Source of the DNA: the human T2T-CHM13v2.0 reference genome, Homo sapiens
Length of the DNA: 64,000 bases
Direction: 5' to 3' (one strand)
NCBI RefSeq assembly: GCF_009914755.1
Contig: NC_060932.1
A model generated the notes under the pieces. It did no database searches. It worked only from the letters and a program-made list of their open reading frames with translations, and had not been told where the DNA came from. Each line of letters begins with the position of its first letter. Position 1 is the first letter of the stretch. A program made the position numbers and the translations under genes. This document shows, piece after piece, positions 47,220 through 64,000 of the stretch.

Positions 47220-48130
47220 AGAGGTCATCTAAACTCAAGAAATGCAAAGAATGGAGGTGAGGGTAGAGCATCTGGGCTCATCTTCCCTTTTCTTTCATCC
47301 TGATCACATCCTACCCTGCTACTTACCACTGTTTTAGGGTCAGAGAATAAGCCTCGGGGAAATATCTCCAAACTAAGATGAGTGGCAGGGAAAGGTAGGG
47401 TGACAGACTCTGTGCCATGCTGGTGTGGACCCTGACAGTGCACAATCCCAGTGGCTGCTTCCTCCCTCCCACTGACCTGCCTGCTGAGAATTGCTTCCAA
47501 AGGCACATCCCGTGAACATTTTGAGGGAGCCTTATACTTCCTTTTAAACTTGCTTGAATTTGCCCTGGGCAGTTCACAGATATTGAGGCACTGAAAGAAA
47601 CTTCCCAAACAGCCTAAAAATTCTTCTTTGTGGAAATGAAAAACTTGCTCTCACTGAACAAGTAATCAACCATTATTCTCCAAAGAGCCATTTCCTCTTT
47701 GTAAGCACCAAGTCCACTTCGTTCTTAGTTTCATAAATGTAACCATTTTAAAAAATGAGCTGCCATCACAATGGCCACTCCACCATTATAGATGAAAGCA
47801 GCAAAGTAGGAAATAAGGGACTTAGCAGTAGTGGGATAATTCCCTTGGCTCTGAGAAATTGTCTACATTGCCTTTTAGGCTGCAGTTTTGTAGACGGGCC
47901 AAGCAATTCCAGACTCAAAGTATTATTAATAGTTTAACCATCAACAGAAAAAGCAGGCCAATTTAAATTTGCTGGGGAAAAAAAAATAGCTTTAACAAGA
48001 TTAAAGCACATTCTTTATCCAGATGAACCAAGATGCAAAAAGTTAAAATGAAAACAGCTGCCATTTTTGCAAAAGATAAAAAGGAATGCAACATGGAGTC
48101 ATAGAGACAGAAAAGATCTAGAGCAATCTT

Positions 48131-48829
48131 TATAATCACCCAACAGAGTCTTCCTGGCTGCTGCACAGACAAAACCAGTTTATTCGAGACCATGGTACTG
48201 CAGTAAAGAAAGAGTTAAATTAATGTGAGACTGGTCACACAGAAGCCAGGGTTATTCCTCAAATCAATCTCCCAGAAGGCTTAGATTAGGGTTTCTCAAG
48301 GATGGTTCGGTGGGGAGGGGACCGGGGAATGGCTGCTGCTGATTGGTTAGGGATGCAATCATAGGAGTGTGGAAAACGGTCCTTGTGCACTAAGCCTGCC
48401 TTTTGGGTGGGGGCTACAGGAGCAGCAGAGTCATGAGTCATGAATCTGAGTGGAGTCATTCTGAAAAACATCTCAAAAGACCAGCCTTAGGATCTACAAT
48501 AGTGATGTTATCTACAGGGGTAATTGGGGAAGTTACAAATCTTGCAACCTCCTGACCAACAGCTGGCTATTGTTTATGCCTACATCTTAGCAGAATTCAG
48601 ACCCCTCTCATATGCTAAACTTGGAGCCTTTCATTATGTTTACAAAATGTTGGGCAGGACTGTTATCACCGTTGCTTTACAGTTGAACTATAAGCTAAAT
48701 TCCTCCCATGGTTAGCTTGGCTTAAACCCAGGAAAGAGCAAAGACAGCTGGTCTGCGAGGCCAGAAGCAGGATGGAGTCAGCCATGCTGGATTTCTCTCA
48801 TTGTCATAATCTTTGCAAAGGCAATTTCA
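48131..48829 (-). mobile_element. ERV1 LTR, LTR8 family
   Basis: Minus-strand head TGAAATTGCCTTTGCAAAGATTATGACAATGAGAGAAATCCAGCATGGCTGACTCCATC. Confidence 0.8.
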
Positions 48830-48929
48830 TTAGCTAGTCTCCATTAAAAGCAGGTGGTAATGGTTTTTAATCTTTTTTGGGGTCAGAACTGTCCTTTAGA
48901 ATCTAGTAAAAATGTAACTGTTTAAAAAT

Positions 48930-49150
48930 ACAGGTCCAAGAGTTAGATGGCCTGAGTTCATACCTGTCTACCATTTATTACCTTTGTACCTTGGGCAACT
49001 AACTTAACCCTTACAAATCTCAGTTTTCCTATCTATAAAAGTGAAATAAAAACAGTGACTGTTTAATAGGGTTGTTGTGAGAGCCAAACAAGATAACCCA
49101 CATATAGAGCTTATAACAGGGCCTGGCACTCACAAAGCACTTAGTAAGTG
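48930..49150 (+). mobile_element. MIR SINE
   Basis: accttgggcaactaacttaac...ctcagttttcctatctataaaa...gttgttgtgag. Confidence 0.75.
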
Positions 49151-49179
49151 CTACCTATGACTAACACTATATGGGCTCC

Positions 49180-49605
49180 AGTATCCAAAAATACAGGGAT
49201 TTCTGGCTTTAGACAGGGTTGGATCCAGCGGCTCAAATAATGCTCTTGAATGTCCTCTGCTTTCTCTGTGTTGGCTCCATTCTCAGGCAGGCTTTCCCCA
49301 ACAGGAGTGTTCTCTGGGAAACATGAATAAAAAAGCATATCTCCTTAATATTCCCAGATTTGAGTCTCATTGTCTCGATGTCATGCCCAAACCTGAACAA
49401 ATCACTGTGCTCAGAGAAATGCAAAGCTCTGATTGGCCAAACTGGTGTCACTGAGGGCTGGGAAGATTATCCCCACCCAAGAACACACAGGGACAGACAG
49501 AATGGAAGGGTGGTGTTTCCCTGAGAAAAATCGGGATGTCATCATTCCTAAGAGAAGACAGAATGGAAACTGGGCAGGGAAAACAACAGACAACCACCTA
49601 TTCCA
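49180..49605 (-). mobile_element. Old MLT1 (J/K/L-like) LTR
   Basis: ggctttagacagggttggatccagcggctcaaa...ctctgattggcca. Confidence 0.6.
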
Positions 49606-50262
49606 AGGTTAATAACCTCTGTTTTACTCAAACACCTTTTCAATTGTCAGGGAAATTGGAAAGATTCCATGATTTTTTCCTTTGTCCATTCAATACTTAA
49701 CAGTTCTAAATGTAAAATATTATTCTTTTGCCTAACTATGAACCTTTAAGAGGAATTAAAACTCTCTTTCTCTAAGACTCTAGAGTCATTTTCAAAAGAA
49801 AACTTGTTTTTACCATGTTTTGATTCTGTGGTATTTGGTTTTTGGAATCTTGGTTACTTTGTCTATAAAAATGAGAGGGTTGGCTTGGATCAGCTCTAAA
49901 GTCCCAAGCAAACATCTGTGATTTCTAAGAACAATAGCAATGACTCAACGAAAATTTTGCTTGTTAGCGTCAATTCCATGTGCTCTAGAAAAGTCTTTCT
50001 TTTATCTGGGCCAGTTCTTCAGAGCTCATCTCTGGAGTGGATTGATTTCAGAGGACATACACTAGATCCACAGTGCCTGGTCCATGTCCTGCCTCAGTTT
50101 ATTGCAGCTGTGTGACTTTGGACAAGTTGCATAACCTTTCTGAAAATTAGTTTCCTTATCTGCAAAATGAAGGTAATAATAGACCTTACCTCATAGGGCT
50201 ATGTGAGTATTAAATAATTTAATACATGGAAGTATATGGCCCTGTGTTAATAAAGGTGTTAG

Positions 50263-50797
50263 TGTAACTGCAGGACCAGCCCAAACTGGGCCTACTCTGT
50301 GCATAACACAATGTTGAGTTACCTTGTAGGTAGAACAGAACCAAAACTGCAAGTCATGTGACTCAGGCATGTGCAATAGAAAAAGCTTTGACTTCTAACA
50401 ATACCCAGGACCAACAATGCCTCTCCAAGGAACCAAGAAGACAAGGACATGACCAGAACCTGAACATCAGAACCTTTCAGAAGTGAGGGGGTCCATTGTC
50501 CCAGAAGATCTGGGACTGAAATCTACCTCAACATATCTTACTGTAAACGGTCAAATTTAAAGCCCTCCAATCAGACTCTGCAAAGCCCACATTCCTAAAT
50601 CATTTCCCTTGACCTCTGACCCCTTAAAGCTTGTCCCAAACCCCAAACCCCAAACTTCGGAGATGAAATCAAGCTGCACCTCCTGCCTCCTTGCTAGATG
50701 GCCTCAAAATAAAGCCTTTCTTGTCTCAAAACCTAGTGCCATAGTAGTGGCTTCTAGGCACCTCAGGCAGTAAGCCCATTTTCTTGGTATGATAACA
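50263..50797 (+). mobile_element. ERV1 solo LTR inserted in the tail of a MIR (MIR about 50060-50262)
   Basis: TG...CA ends, perfect TSD TTAG (50259-50262, 50798-50801), AATAAA at 50708. Confidence 0.8.
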
Positions 50798-50891
50798 TTA
50801 GCTATTACTAAGAAAGCTGCATCACCACAAGTGAAGAAACATAGTGGGCCCCCAACAGCACGCTGAATTTTTTCATTTAAAATTTCCATCT

Positions 50892-51030
50892 TGACTGGGC
50901 ACAGTGGCTCACACCTGTAATCCTAGCACTTTGGAAGGCAAAGCCAGGAGGGTTACTTGAGGCCAAGAGTTCAAGGTCAGCCTGGGCAAGATAGCAAGAA
51001 TCTGACTCAATTTTTTTAAAAATTAAAAAC
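50892..51030 (+). mobile_element. FLAM / Alu monomer
   Basis: gactgggcacagtggctcacacctgtaatcc...cagcctgggcaagatagcaaga. Confidence 0.85.
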
Positions 51031-51518
51031 TAAAAATTTCATCTCTTTTTCCAAAGATCCTTACCCTTCCAAAAATAAGGATATTATTTTTCTTTTCCTT
51101 TAGTTTTTCAAATATGTATTTGAAAATAATTAGTTAAGTAAATGCTTCAAATGAAGACTCTTTAGCCCAAGTTATATTCAAAGTAGAAAAAAATGAACTA
51201 TCAAAGACCATTCCCTTCAGGCAGTTCTCCAAGTTACCGAACTTGGACTTGACATACCCATTCTGCTATGCCTTCTGGCACAACTGACTCTAACAGGTCC
51301 AGCTGCATAATGGAAATCCTGCCATCTTCACATAAAGGTTTAACAGATTCACATTATGGTCAAATAGACAAACCTCTAAGTCCTAGAACCAAACAATATG
51401 TAGTACATTTTACATTGTAACCCAGCACATATGTATATATACAAAACTAGATACATATTTATATCAAGATTCATAAAAATTTGATGACACAATATATAAC
51501 TTTACTAAGTAAGACTGA

Positions 51519-52194
<676 letters not shown>

Positions 52195-52649
52195 TCAAGA
52201 TCTGCTAATAAGTAGTACCATAAAGTTTAAAATAGCCTTAGAGACCTCAGTTGGTACATTAAGGAACTTAATAAGAAAATAAACAACAAGGTAACTAAAA
52301 GCTAAATAAATAGTTTCAGTTATTTTGAATTTTTACTAATTGGGATCTTCTTAGTTTCCCTCCAGCCGGAAACAATTGCATCCTTCTCTGAAGTCTCATA
52401 GACTTATTTCCCAAATCAGTCAAATTTATTCCCCAGCTCTGCTGTAAACTCCTGGGAATACAGATACTGCATTTTTTGTGTTAACTAAGATATGAGAGAA
52501 AGAACTCTGAATTTAAGTAGGAGAATCTAGGTTTGAAGTCAGTTCTGCCATTTGGAAGCTCAGTGATTTTGGATAGGTCACGCAATATCACACAGCCCCA
52601 GTTTTCTCATCTGTGAATTCAGGATAATAATAGTCACAAAAAGTCAAGT

Positions 52650-54780
<2,131 letters not shown>

Positions 54781-54851
54781 TTTTTTTTTTTTTTAATCTA
54801 CCAAAGTCCCCAGTTACCAAAGGAGGACCTGGGGCTTTAAAAAAATGAGTA

Positions 54852-55335
<484 letters not shown>

Positions 55336-56325
55336 TAAGTAAACCATAGTCCTCATCTCTCATGACTTAAAAACCATTAGAGATAATCATGGAGTGGGGA
55401 AGAATAATTAGCATAGGATGGTGAGTGGCCTAAGAAAAATAGAAACAAGGCACTAGCGGGGCAAAAGGATGTGCCTCTGACGATCCTGCAAGGTCAGGGA
55501 ATGTCTTTAGAGGAAGTGACGTTGGGGCTAAGGCCTAGAGAATAAGTGGGAGATAACAAGTGTCTTTTACTGCCTGTCATGTTGTTGTCTCCAGTTATCA
55601 CTATAAACACCCATTTAACACCTAAGGTGCACAGCTTCCCGAATGGCCAGCCCGCTGGCCCCAGGAGGTCACTGCTGTGCGGAGAGTCCTGGAATTCCCC
55701 CTTGGGCTCGGGGTGAGGAAAGACAACCAGGCTGAGTGAGGCTTTGGAATCAATTATTTTGTGTCCTTGGGAATTTGTCATTTCTTTCACTTTAAATTCG
55801 AGACCATAACAAATGTCCAAAATGTAGCCCAATTTCAATTTATAATGTTTTACTATGATTCTTTTCCAAAAAGAACAAATTGTAGGCAGAAAAATTCAGG
55901 TGTCAGAAAGACTCCAATTTTTCACTTTGTTTTTCATTTTGTTCGGGTTTTGTGTCCACACACGAAGTGTGTCCACATAGTTGTTGCCATGCTATTTTCT
56001 AAAGGTCTTATGAGTGCTGACTAAACTTGGGAAAATTAAAAATAAAGTCAACCATTTAAAAACAGCAGTCTTCCAGGGATTGTTTCTTACCTCTTACTCC
56101 TCTCTGCAGTCCCCCTCCCATTCATTCGCCTCTCTCTGTTCTGCAGGGCCCAGTCCTTGCAGCCCTTGCAGCCCACGTAGGATTCATTTTCTGTAAAATT
56201 AGTGCAAATTTAGCTTCAGGGCACCTTACTGCAAGGGCCTCTTCCAGATCCTCAAAGGGACAACAGCTCAGACTTTGCAAAATCTGGATCTGCTCTGAAC
56301 CTATTTCATGTGACATGAATATTTC

Positions 56326-56627
56326 TTTTATTTTTATTTTATTTTTTGAGACAGGATCTCACTGTGTCACCAGGGTGGAGTGCAGTGTTGCCATCACGGC
56401 TCACTGCAGCCTCCACCCTCAGGCTCAAGTGATCCTCCCACCTCAGCCTTCTGAGTAGCTGGGACCACAGGCCCGCACCACCAGGCCTGACTAATTATTT
56501 ATTTTGTTGTAGATACTGGATCTCCCTATATTGCTCAAGCTAGTCTCAAACTCTTGGGCTCAAGTGATCCTCCTGCCTCAGGCTCCCAAAGTGCTGGGGT
56601 TACAAGTATGCACCACTGCACCTGGCT
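56326..56627 (-). mobile_element. AluJ element
   Basis: Dimer; TSD aatat(t/c)tctt. Confidence 0.95.
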
Positions 56628-57156
56628 AAATATCTCTTAATCTGGGTTCGAGGGGCATCTTTACAGCCACACCCCACAGTAACTCCCAGGCTTATCCGGA
56701 GGGGGACTATGAGGAAGGGGTGGATCCAATCTTTTCTCCCTGGTTGCCTTATAAGTAAACCTATAAGTAAACCAGATCTGATGAACCTACTACTCCTTGG
56801 CTCTTAACCTTAATAACCTTTGAACACACAATTTTAAATGTGAAGCCTAATGAAACTGATAACACCACTACTTTTCATTTTGTGTGTTAACGGGGACACA
56901 CAGAGGAACTACAAGTAATGACTCTCATAAAAGGAAGATGAAATTAGCATTTATGGATTCTAATTAAATTTTGGCTTCCAGATATGATGTTTTTGCTTTT
57001 CACTAAAAGAGTGAACTTTTATATTAGAGAAGGAAATAATAAAATGCCCAAATAATCAAAAGGAAATTAATGCAAGAGTGGCACCATTTTGTTTCACAGT
57101 TTCTGATTCTTCATGGCCTATCCAGAGTTCCATGAGCCTTCAGAAACCCAGGTTCA

Positions 57157-57510
<354 letters not shown>

Positions 57511-58429
57511 AGTAAATGTGAATGCACTATGAAAAAGGTAAACATTTCTTTAAAATATCAGTTGTGTATTATTATTGTTCTTGCTGTTTTCATAATAACA
57601 CTAGCCCTTGGGACTAGAGCCTATATGGATCACAAAATATTGAATACATAAAACTGAAAACTTTTAGCACCTTCAGTTTTGCCAGGGTCATGAATATCAG
57701 AAATTGTTCAAAGTCTTTAAAAATAAAAAGCAAACATACTTCCATGTGGCATGAATGGTTAAAACAAAGAAACAAAAAAGACCCTGGGAGCAGTAGCATT
57801 TCACCTGGACCCTGTATAACATACTCGCACAAAAATAAGGCTTTATTTTCCTCCACAACACTCCGAAAAATGCCTACAACTGGTTAGTTACTACTGAGGG
57901 AAGATGTCTCCTTCTATTTTGGTGGCCCTGCAGCTTTCTCTCCCTAATTAGAGCCTCCATATTGTCTGGCCATCTGCTTCTGGGCTCTGCCCAAGTTGTG
58001 GTGATGAAGGGGTATTTTATGATCTCATCCATTTAGTGGGAGGATAAATTCCATATTAGTCTGATCAGGACAAAATGCCTTTGGAGAAAACACATAGACC
58101 CCATCTGGTGCTTCCTGTGCAAGAGCTAAACATTCCCCCTGGCTACAGAGGTTCAGGTTTTCCTATTTGACCATCTCACAGCCGCCTAGCATGAAGATGC
58201 CATAGGCAGAACATATTCTCTCTACTTTCTCAACCTCTGTCTCTTTCTACTTCATTTGTTACTTGATAGAAATATTTGTATTTTCGCCATGTCTATCTGC
58301 CTTCTCCAACATTGAGTCATTTTGGCTATTAGATATAACTCTTTGGAGAACCACCAGCCTATTCTAACACTTTGACCCCAACTTCTCGTATTTTTACATT
58401 CAGGCAAACACTCTGGTACATTGTCTGCA

Positions 58430-59010
58430 AAGATAGCCTTCAACAGCTCTTCTCAGCGCCAGACATGCACATTCCTCCTCCTATCAAGAGGTGGGGTCTA
58501 CTTGTCCACCACTGGATCTGGGATGGCCTTATGGCTTGCTTCGACTAAAGGGACAGGGAGATAGTGACACTGTGCTGTTCTGTGCCTGGGCCTTAGAGGC
58601 TTGAGTGTCTGTGTTTGCTATTTTGGAGTCTGGCTACCATGGAAAGAAGTCCAGTGTATCCTACTCAAGAGAGAAGCCATGAAGACAGGTTCTGGAGGAG
58701 ACATCATGTGGAAGGAGAGGCCACATGAAGAAAACCAAGGACTCCCAACATATGCATGAGCCCAGCCAATACCATGAGAAGAGAGAGGCCCAGACACCTC
58801 ACAGACTTTTGAGCCATCCCTGCTAAAGTGCTGGATGTGACTGAGATCATCTCAAGTCCTCCAGTCCCAGCCAGTACCCTGTGGGCAAAGGAAAGCTATT
58901 CCCATCAAGATGCACCCAAGTTCCTGACCTACAGATTTGTGAGCAATAAAGCAGTTACCATAAGCCCCTAAGTTTTGAGATGGTTTGTTATACAGCGGTA
59001 GGTAACTGAC
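58430..59010 (+). mobile_element. MLT1-type MaLR LTR
   Basis: cctcctatcaagaggtggggtcta...taagttttgagatggtttgttatacagcggtaggtaactgaca. Confidence 0.75.
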
Positions 59011-59029
59011 AGAAATACTGTGATAGACC

Positions 59030-59505
59030 ATTGTAATTGTGGCCCCCAAAGCATGAGGCTTCCCTGTGTCTATGCTCCCTTGTAATGAGATATTGCCGTA
59101 CCTCCCATCACAGGTCTCCACCTCTTGATGAGAGGTACAGCAATATCTCACTACAAGGTAATGAATGTGGCAGAAGAAACTTTGTGCAAGTCCCAGAGCC
59201 GAGGCCACAGGAGGCCTTGTAGCTTTACCTCTCACACTTCTGGAACTTGAAGACCACCATGCTGGAAGAAGCAAGCCAGGTTAAATTATTGGTGGGTAGG
59301 AAGCCACATGGAAGAAGGCCAAGGTACCCTGCTGACAGCCAACTCCATCTGCCAGAAATGTGAGGTCCTCTTGAACCCTCTGCCAGTGGATTACCGTGGA
59401 CACATGAGTAAGCCCAGGCAAGACCACCCACATTGTCAGCCCATGGAATCATGAGAAATAACTGTTTTGTTTTAAGCCACTAAGTTTAGGGGTAGCATTC
59501 TGCCT
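59030..59505 (+). mobile_element. Second MLT1-type LTR carrying an internal inverted duplication
   Basis: tggcccccaaagcatg...gttttaagccactaagtttagggg. Confidence 0.7.
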
Positions 59506-60289
59506 ATCAAAGGATAGCAGAAAAAAAAAAATACTCACCTATCTGGCTCCTGGCTGGTTTGTTTCGTCTGGGTCCCTCAGGCTTCCCCATGCCAACCACA
59601 AGCACCAGTAGCCTGAAAATCCAAGCACACCATGTGGTGTGACAATATACACAATATATTGTCAGGCCTGACAATATACACAACCTCCTAGCTCCATTTG
59701 ACTGTTGGGAGTACAGAGCAATGGTGAGGCCCACAGGCTCTAGAATTGCACTGGCTGGAGTCAATAAGAGCTCCACTATTGGCAAGATGGGCAAGCTAAG
59801 GCAAGTTTCCCTGTTGGTAAAATAGGGATAATGATGGTAAGGACCTCACTGGGTTGTTGTGAACAGTCAATGAGATAATCTACATAGAATGTACTCAATA
59901 AATGTTAGACACCTCATTTTCCAAAGGCATGAGATAGGTTTTTATGGAAAGTCTTTGCAAGTTTTTAAATGAAGTCATATCCTTCAAAAATCTTTTTATA
60001 AAATGAAACTGAGAATGAAAAGCCCACATTCTATAGCCCTCCAAACCTTCTTCAGGGAGTTGTCATGGTAGTACTGGAAGGATTATAGAAGAAATGCTAT
60101 AGGGCATTTTTTACGGGATAGCTCTGTAGGAGGGAAGGCTTCTAAATGATAATTGAAAATATTTTTGGGCAACGCTTTAAGCTCCACTTTAACAAAAAGA
60201 ACTGCTATTTTCAATTATTTCTTAAATGAGAATTCTTGAAACTTCCTGTCAATATGAAAATAAGCACCTAAATACTTGTTGTTTTTTTA

Positions 60290-60424
60290 TCATACTTTTA
60301 AAAAATAAAGATATGGTCTTACTATGTTGTCCAGGCTGGTCTCAAGCTTCCGGGCCCAAGTGATCCTCCTGTCTTAGCCTCCGAAAGAGCTGAGATTACA
60401 GACGTGAGCTCACCATGCCTGTCC
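60290..60424 (-). mobile_element. FLAM / Alu monomer
   Basis: gatatggtcttactatgttgtccaggctggtctc. Confidence 0.85.
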
Positions 60425-60924
60425 CTTGTTTTCTATTGATGTTGCACACAGAAACATTGATAAACTAGAAAAAGCACACAAAAATGGCACTGGTGTTAAA
60501 TTTCTTGGGATAGAGTGAAAGGATCTCTTGAGGAGATATGGCAATAGAAGCAGAGAGAGAATTAAGCAGCTCTAAAAATTGGAAAATAATCACTGAAGAT
60601 TGAAAATTTGATGAAAAGATATGTATATGCATCACAAATTTGTACACTAGGAATAACAGGAGCAGAATAAAGGTATATGGTCCAATTTCTTAGATTAAAA
60701 GACAAAGAATGTCTTTTAATTAGTTAGGGGCTCTCACCTTAGTACTGCTTCATACAATCGAGATATCAACAAAATTGTCAAGATAGTGGATTCAGAGTAA
60801 AATATTCTCTTTAATAAGAGCAAATAAGATGAGAATTCTCTAGAGCCAGAGACCGTACCACAACTCTGGAATATTTTTAAGAATCAGCATTGAAAATACT
60901 AAGAAAACAAATTTGTTCTCCTTA

Positions 60925-61291
60925 GTAGTCTCATTTAGTTCAGGCTGCTGTGAATACAAGACACCATAGACTGGGTAATTTATAAACAGCAGAAATTTAT
61001 TTCTCAGAGTTCTAGAGGCTGGGAAGTCTAAGATCAGATCCAAGTGGTGGCAGATCCAATTCCTGGTGAAAGCCCTTTGCTGTGCAGATGGACAGCTTCT
61101 TGCTCTATCCTCACATGGCAGAGAGAGTGTGCTCTTCCCAATCTCTTCACATAAGATCACCAAGCCCATCATAAGGGCTTCACCTTAAGACCTAATTACC
61201 TTTTAAAGTCCCCATCTCCAAATGCCGTCACACTGGGAATTAGGGTTTCAACATACGAATTTGGGGAGACATCAACATTCAGTTCATAGCA
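60925..61291 (-). mobile_element. MLT1A-like MaLR LTR
   Basis: caccatagactgggtaatttataaacagcagaaatttatttctcagagttct...cattcagttcatagca. Confidence 0.8.
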
Positions 61292-61331
61292 TTAGTTAAA
61301 ATGTCACTGTGGTAGATAGTATTTTCTTTTC

Positions 61332-61644
<313 letters not shown>

Positions 61645-61786
61645 AATATTTTCTTAAATGGCCACAACAATCTTTCTTATATCACATACTCTTCCAGAAC
61701 CTTGCCATTCTCCTATAAATAGATGGAAGCTATGTCTCTTCCCCTGGATCCTGGGCAGGACTTTGTGCCTGCATCAAATAATAGAG

Positions 61787-61923
61787 CAGTAGTTTTCATC
61801 CAGAGGTATTTTACCCCCTAGAGAACATTTGACAATTAGTTGTCATACTGGTGGGGCAGGTGCTACTGCTGCTAAACATCCTATAATGCATAATGTCTGT
61901 AGTGCTAAGGCTGAGAAACCCTG
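61787..61923. mobile_element. Internally deleted MER20 (hAT-Charlie)
   Basis: cagtagttttca...tgagaaaccctg termini; perfect 8-bp TSD taatagag at 61779-61786 and 61924-61931. Confidence 0.85.
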
Positions 61924-63151
61924 TAATAGAGTGTGGTGGAAGTGATACTTTATGACTCTGTAGGCTAAGTCATGAAGGGCAATACAACTTCTGCTTGGCA
62001 AGCACTTTTGAGGGTTGCTCACCTTTCGAACCCAGCCACCACACAATGAAAAACCCAGGCCATAGGGAGAGATCCACATGGAGAAGAACTAAAGCCCTGG
62101 CTTTTAACCCTTGCTGAGATCCCAGCCAACAAGTAATGGCAACTCAGCCAGACATGTGAGTATGCCATCTTATAGTCAGATCCTCCTCCCCTCAGTCAAA
62201 CCACCTAAGCTGATGTTGTATGGAGCAGAGAGGAGCCATCCCCTATGAGCCCTGTTCAAATTGCAGATTCATAAGAAAAACATGAATTCACTGTTTGGAA
62301 GTGGTTTGTTACATAACCATAGAAAACTGTTATCTATCTATCCATCTGTCTATCCACCCATCATGCATGCATGCATGCGTCCATCCATCCAATCTCATGA
62401 GTTGAGAGGTGCTAATCATAGCACCTTAATAAATGGTATTATGTTGTTGACAAAACATTTCTATAGCTTATTCTCACATGCCTTCTTACTTAGTAAAGAG
62501 AGACAAGTAGGGGATCTTTGGACAGCAATGGGCCCTTCCAGGGGACCCTTTAGTCACAATGCATTAGTGGTCACCTATACAGAAATACCTGTGAATCTGA
62601 CATGAAGAACATCTACAGTTCTTAAGCCAGTAAAAATAACACAGCGAAAACAAATTGGAATTCTAAGATTGTATAGCAATAACTTAAAAGAGCATAATTA
62701 TTGATCCTTTCATAACACTTTTGAAATAAATATCAAGTTTAGATGCATTCAGCATGGTAAGAATATTATTTTTAAAGAATCAATACATATAGTATTCAGC
62801 TATAAAGCTTTATAGGAAATTTTTTTCAATAGAAAATTGCCCCTGGACAAATTAGTAGAAGACATTTAGATGATAGTTTTTATTTCTATTCAGAATTTCT
62901 GTATTACAACCTCTCAAAAATTATACCAAGAAACTTTCACCAGGCCATTGACATACTAAATAAAATTATGTTGGCAATTGGAATGTTTTAAACATGAGTT
63001 GGTATCTTAGAATTTATCAGGATATTTCTAGTCCACATCCTTACCCTTTGTGGTACCATGGTTTGAATTTTACATATCTTTAGAAATTAATACTTTTTTC
63101 ATTAACAGAGTTTTACATAGTTAATATTTAAAAATCATAATAGTAAGGTAA

Positions 63152-63542
<391 letters not shown>

Positions 63543-63547
63543 TGATA

Positions 63548-63683
63548 TTGGATAGATGGATGGATGGATGGATGGATGGATGGATGGATGGATGGATGAT
63601 AGGTGGAAGAGTGAATAAATTGATAGATGACAGATAAGTAGATAGGTAGGTAGGTAGGTAGATAGATGACACATAGATAGATA
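63548..63683. repeat. (GGAT)n / (TAGG)n / (TAGA)n compound microsatellite
   Basis: About 10 GGAT units followed by degenerate tetramers. Confidence 0.9.
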
Positions 63684-64000
63684 AAAAGACAGGCAGACAT
63701 ATATAATCCTCTCTGACAGCAGAATTAATCCAACTAAGATTTTAAATCATTCTGGTTTTCTAAGTAAAATTTATCACTGAAAATGTGATAAGAAACCCCA
63801 ATCTCTACCTGGAAAGAACTGACTGCCTTTTTCTCTGTCCTCTTACTGCCTGCTCCAGCTCAGTGTCCTCACTTATCCCCAGGCCTACCAGCCGCAGATC
63901 AAGCTACAGAGACTGGCCCCTGACTATATAGGAACTTTTACAAACATAATTCATGGCCTTGTTATCGTTGTCTCTCTGAATCTTGTCCTGCCCTGCCTCC

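Noticed and set aside
56751-56773. Tandem duplication tataagtaaacc twice
   Set aside because: Ordinary slippage duplication with no other support

Overview
Human or great-ape genomic DNA holding the 3' end of KCNB2 (voltage-gated K+ channel Kv2.2) on the + strand. It covers about 18.9 kb of the last intron, the large terminal coding exon (18936-21092, 718 codons plus stop, S1-S6, pore and C-terminus) and the downstream region. There is no prokaryotic content, and nearly all other ORFs in the track are Alu, L1 or LTR translations or chance ORFs. The intron and 33.85-64 kb are full of Alu, L1, MIR/L2, MaLR/ERV LTRs and hAT transposons, many with visible target-site duplications (TSDs). Best leads: (1) the stop codon sits in the UGA-CUAG readthrough context, which would add X-LVTKAIN and mask the ETSM terminus; (2) a transposon-poor 12.3 kb stretch after the stop carries sense-strand Pumilio elements and ends at a well-formed distal poly(A) site (33430), suggesting a very long 3' UTR; (3) a near-perfect reverse CTCF motif at 27195; (4) an LTR-derived 33-bp fold-back hairpin at 59078-59158. 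I do not see evidence for a wholly new gene system. Repeat subfamily names come from memory of consensus sequences and need RepeatMasker/Dfam confirmation.
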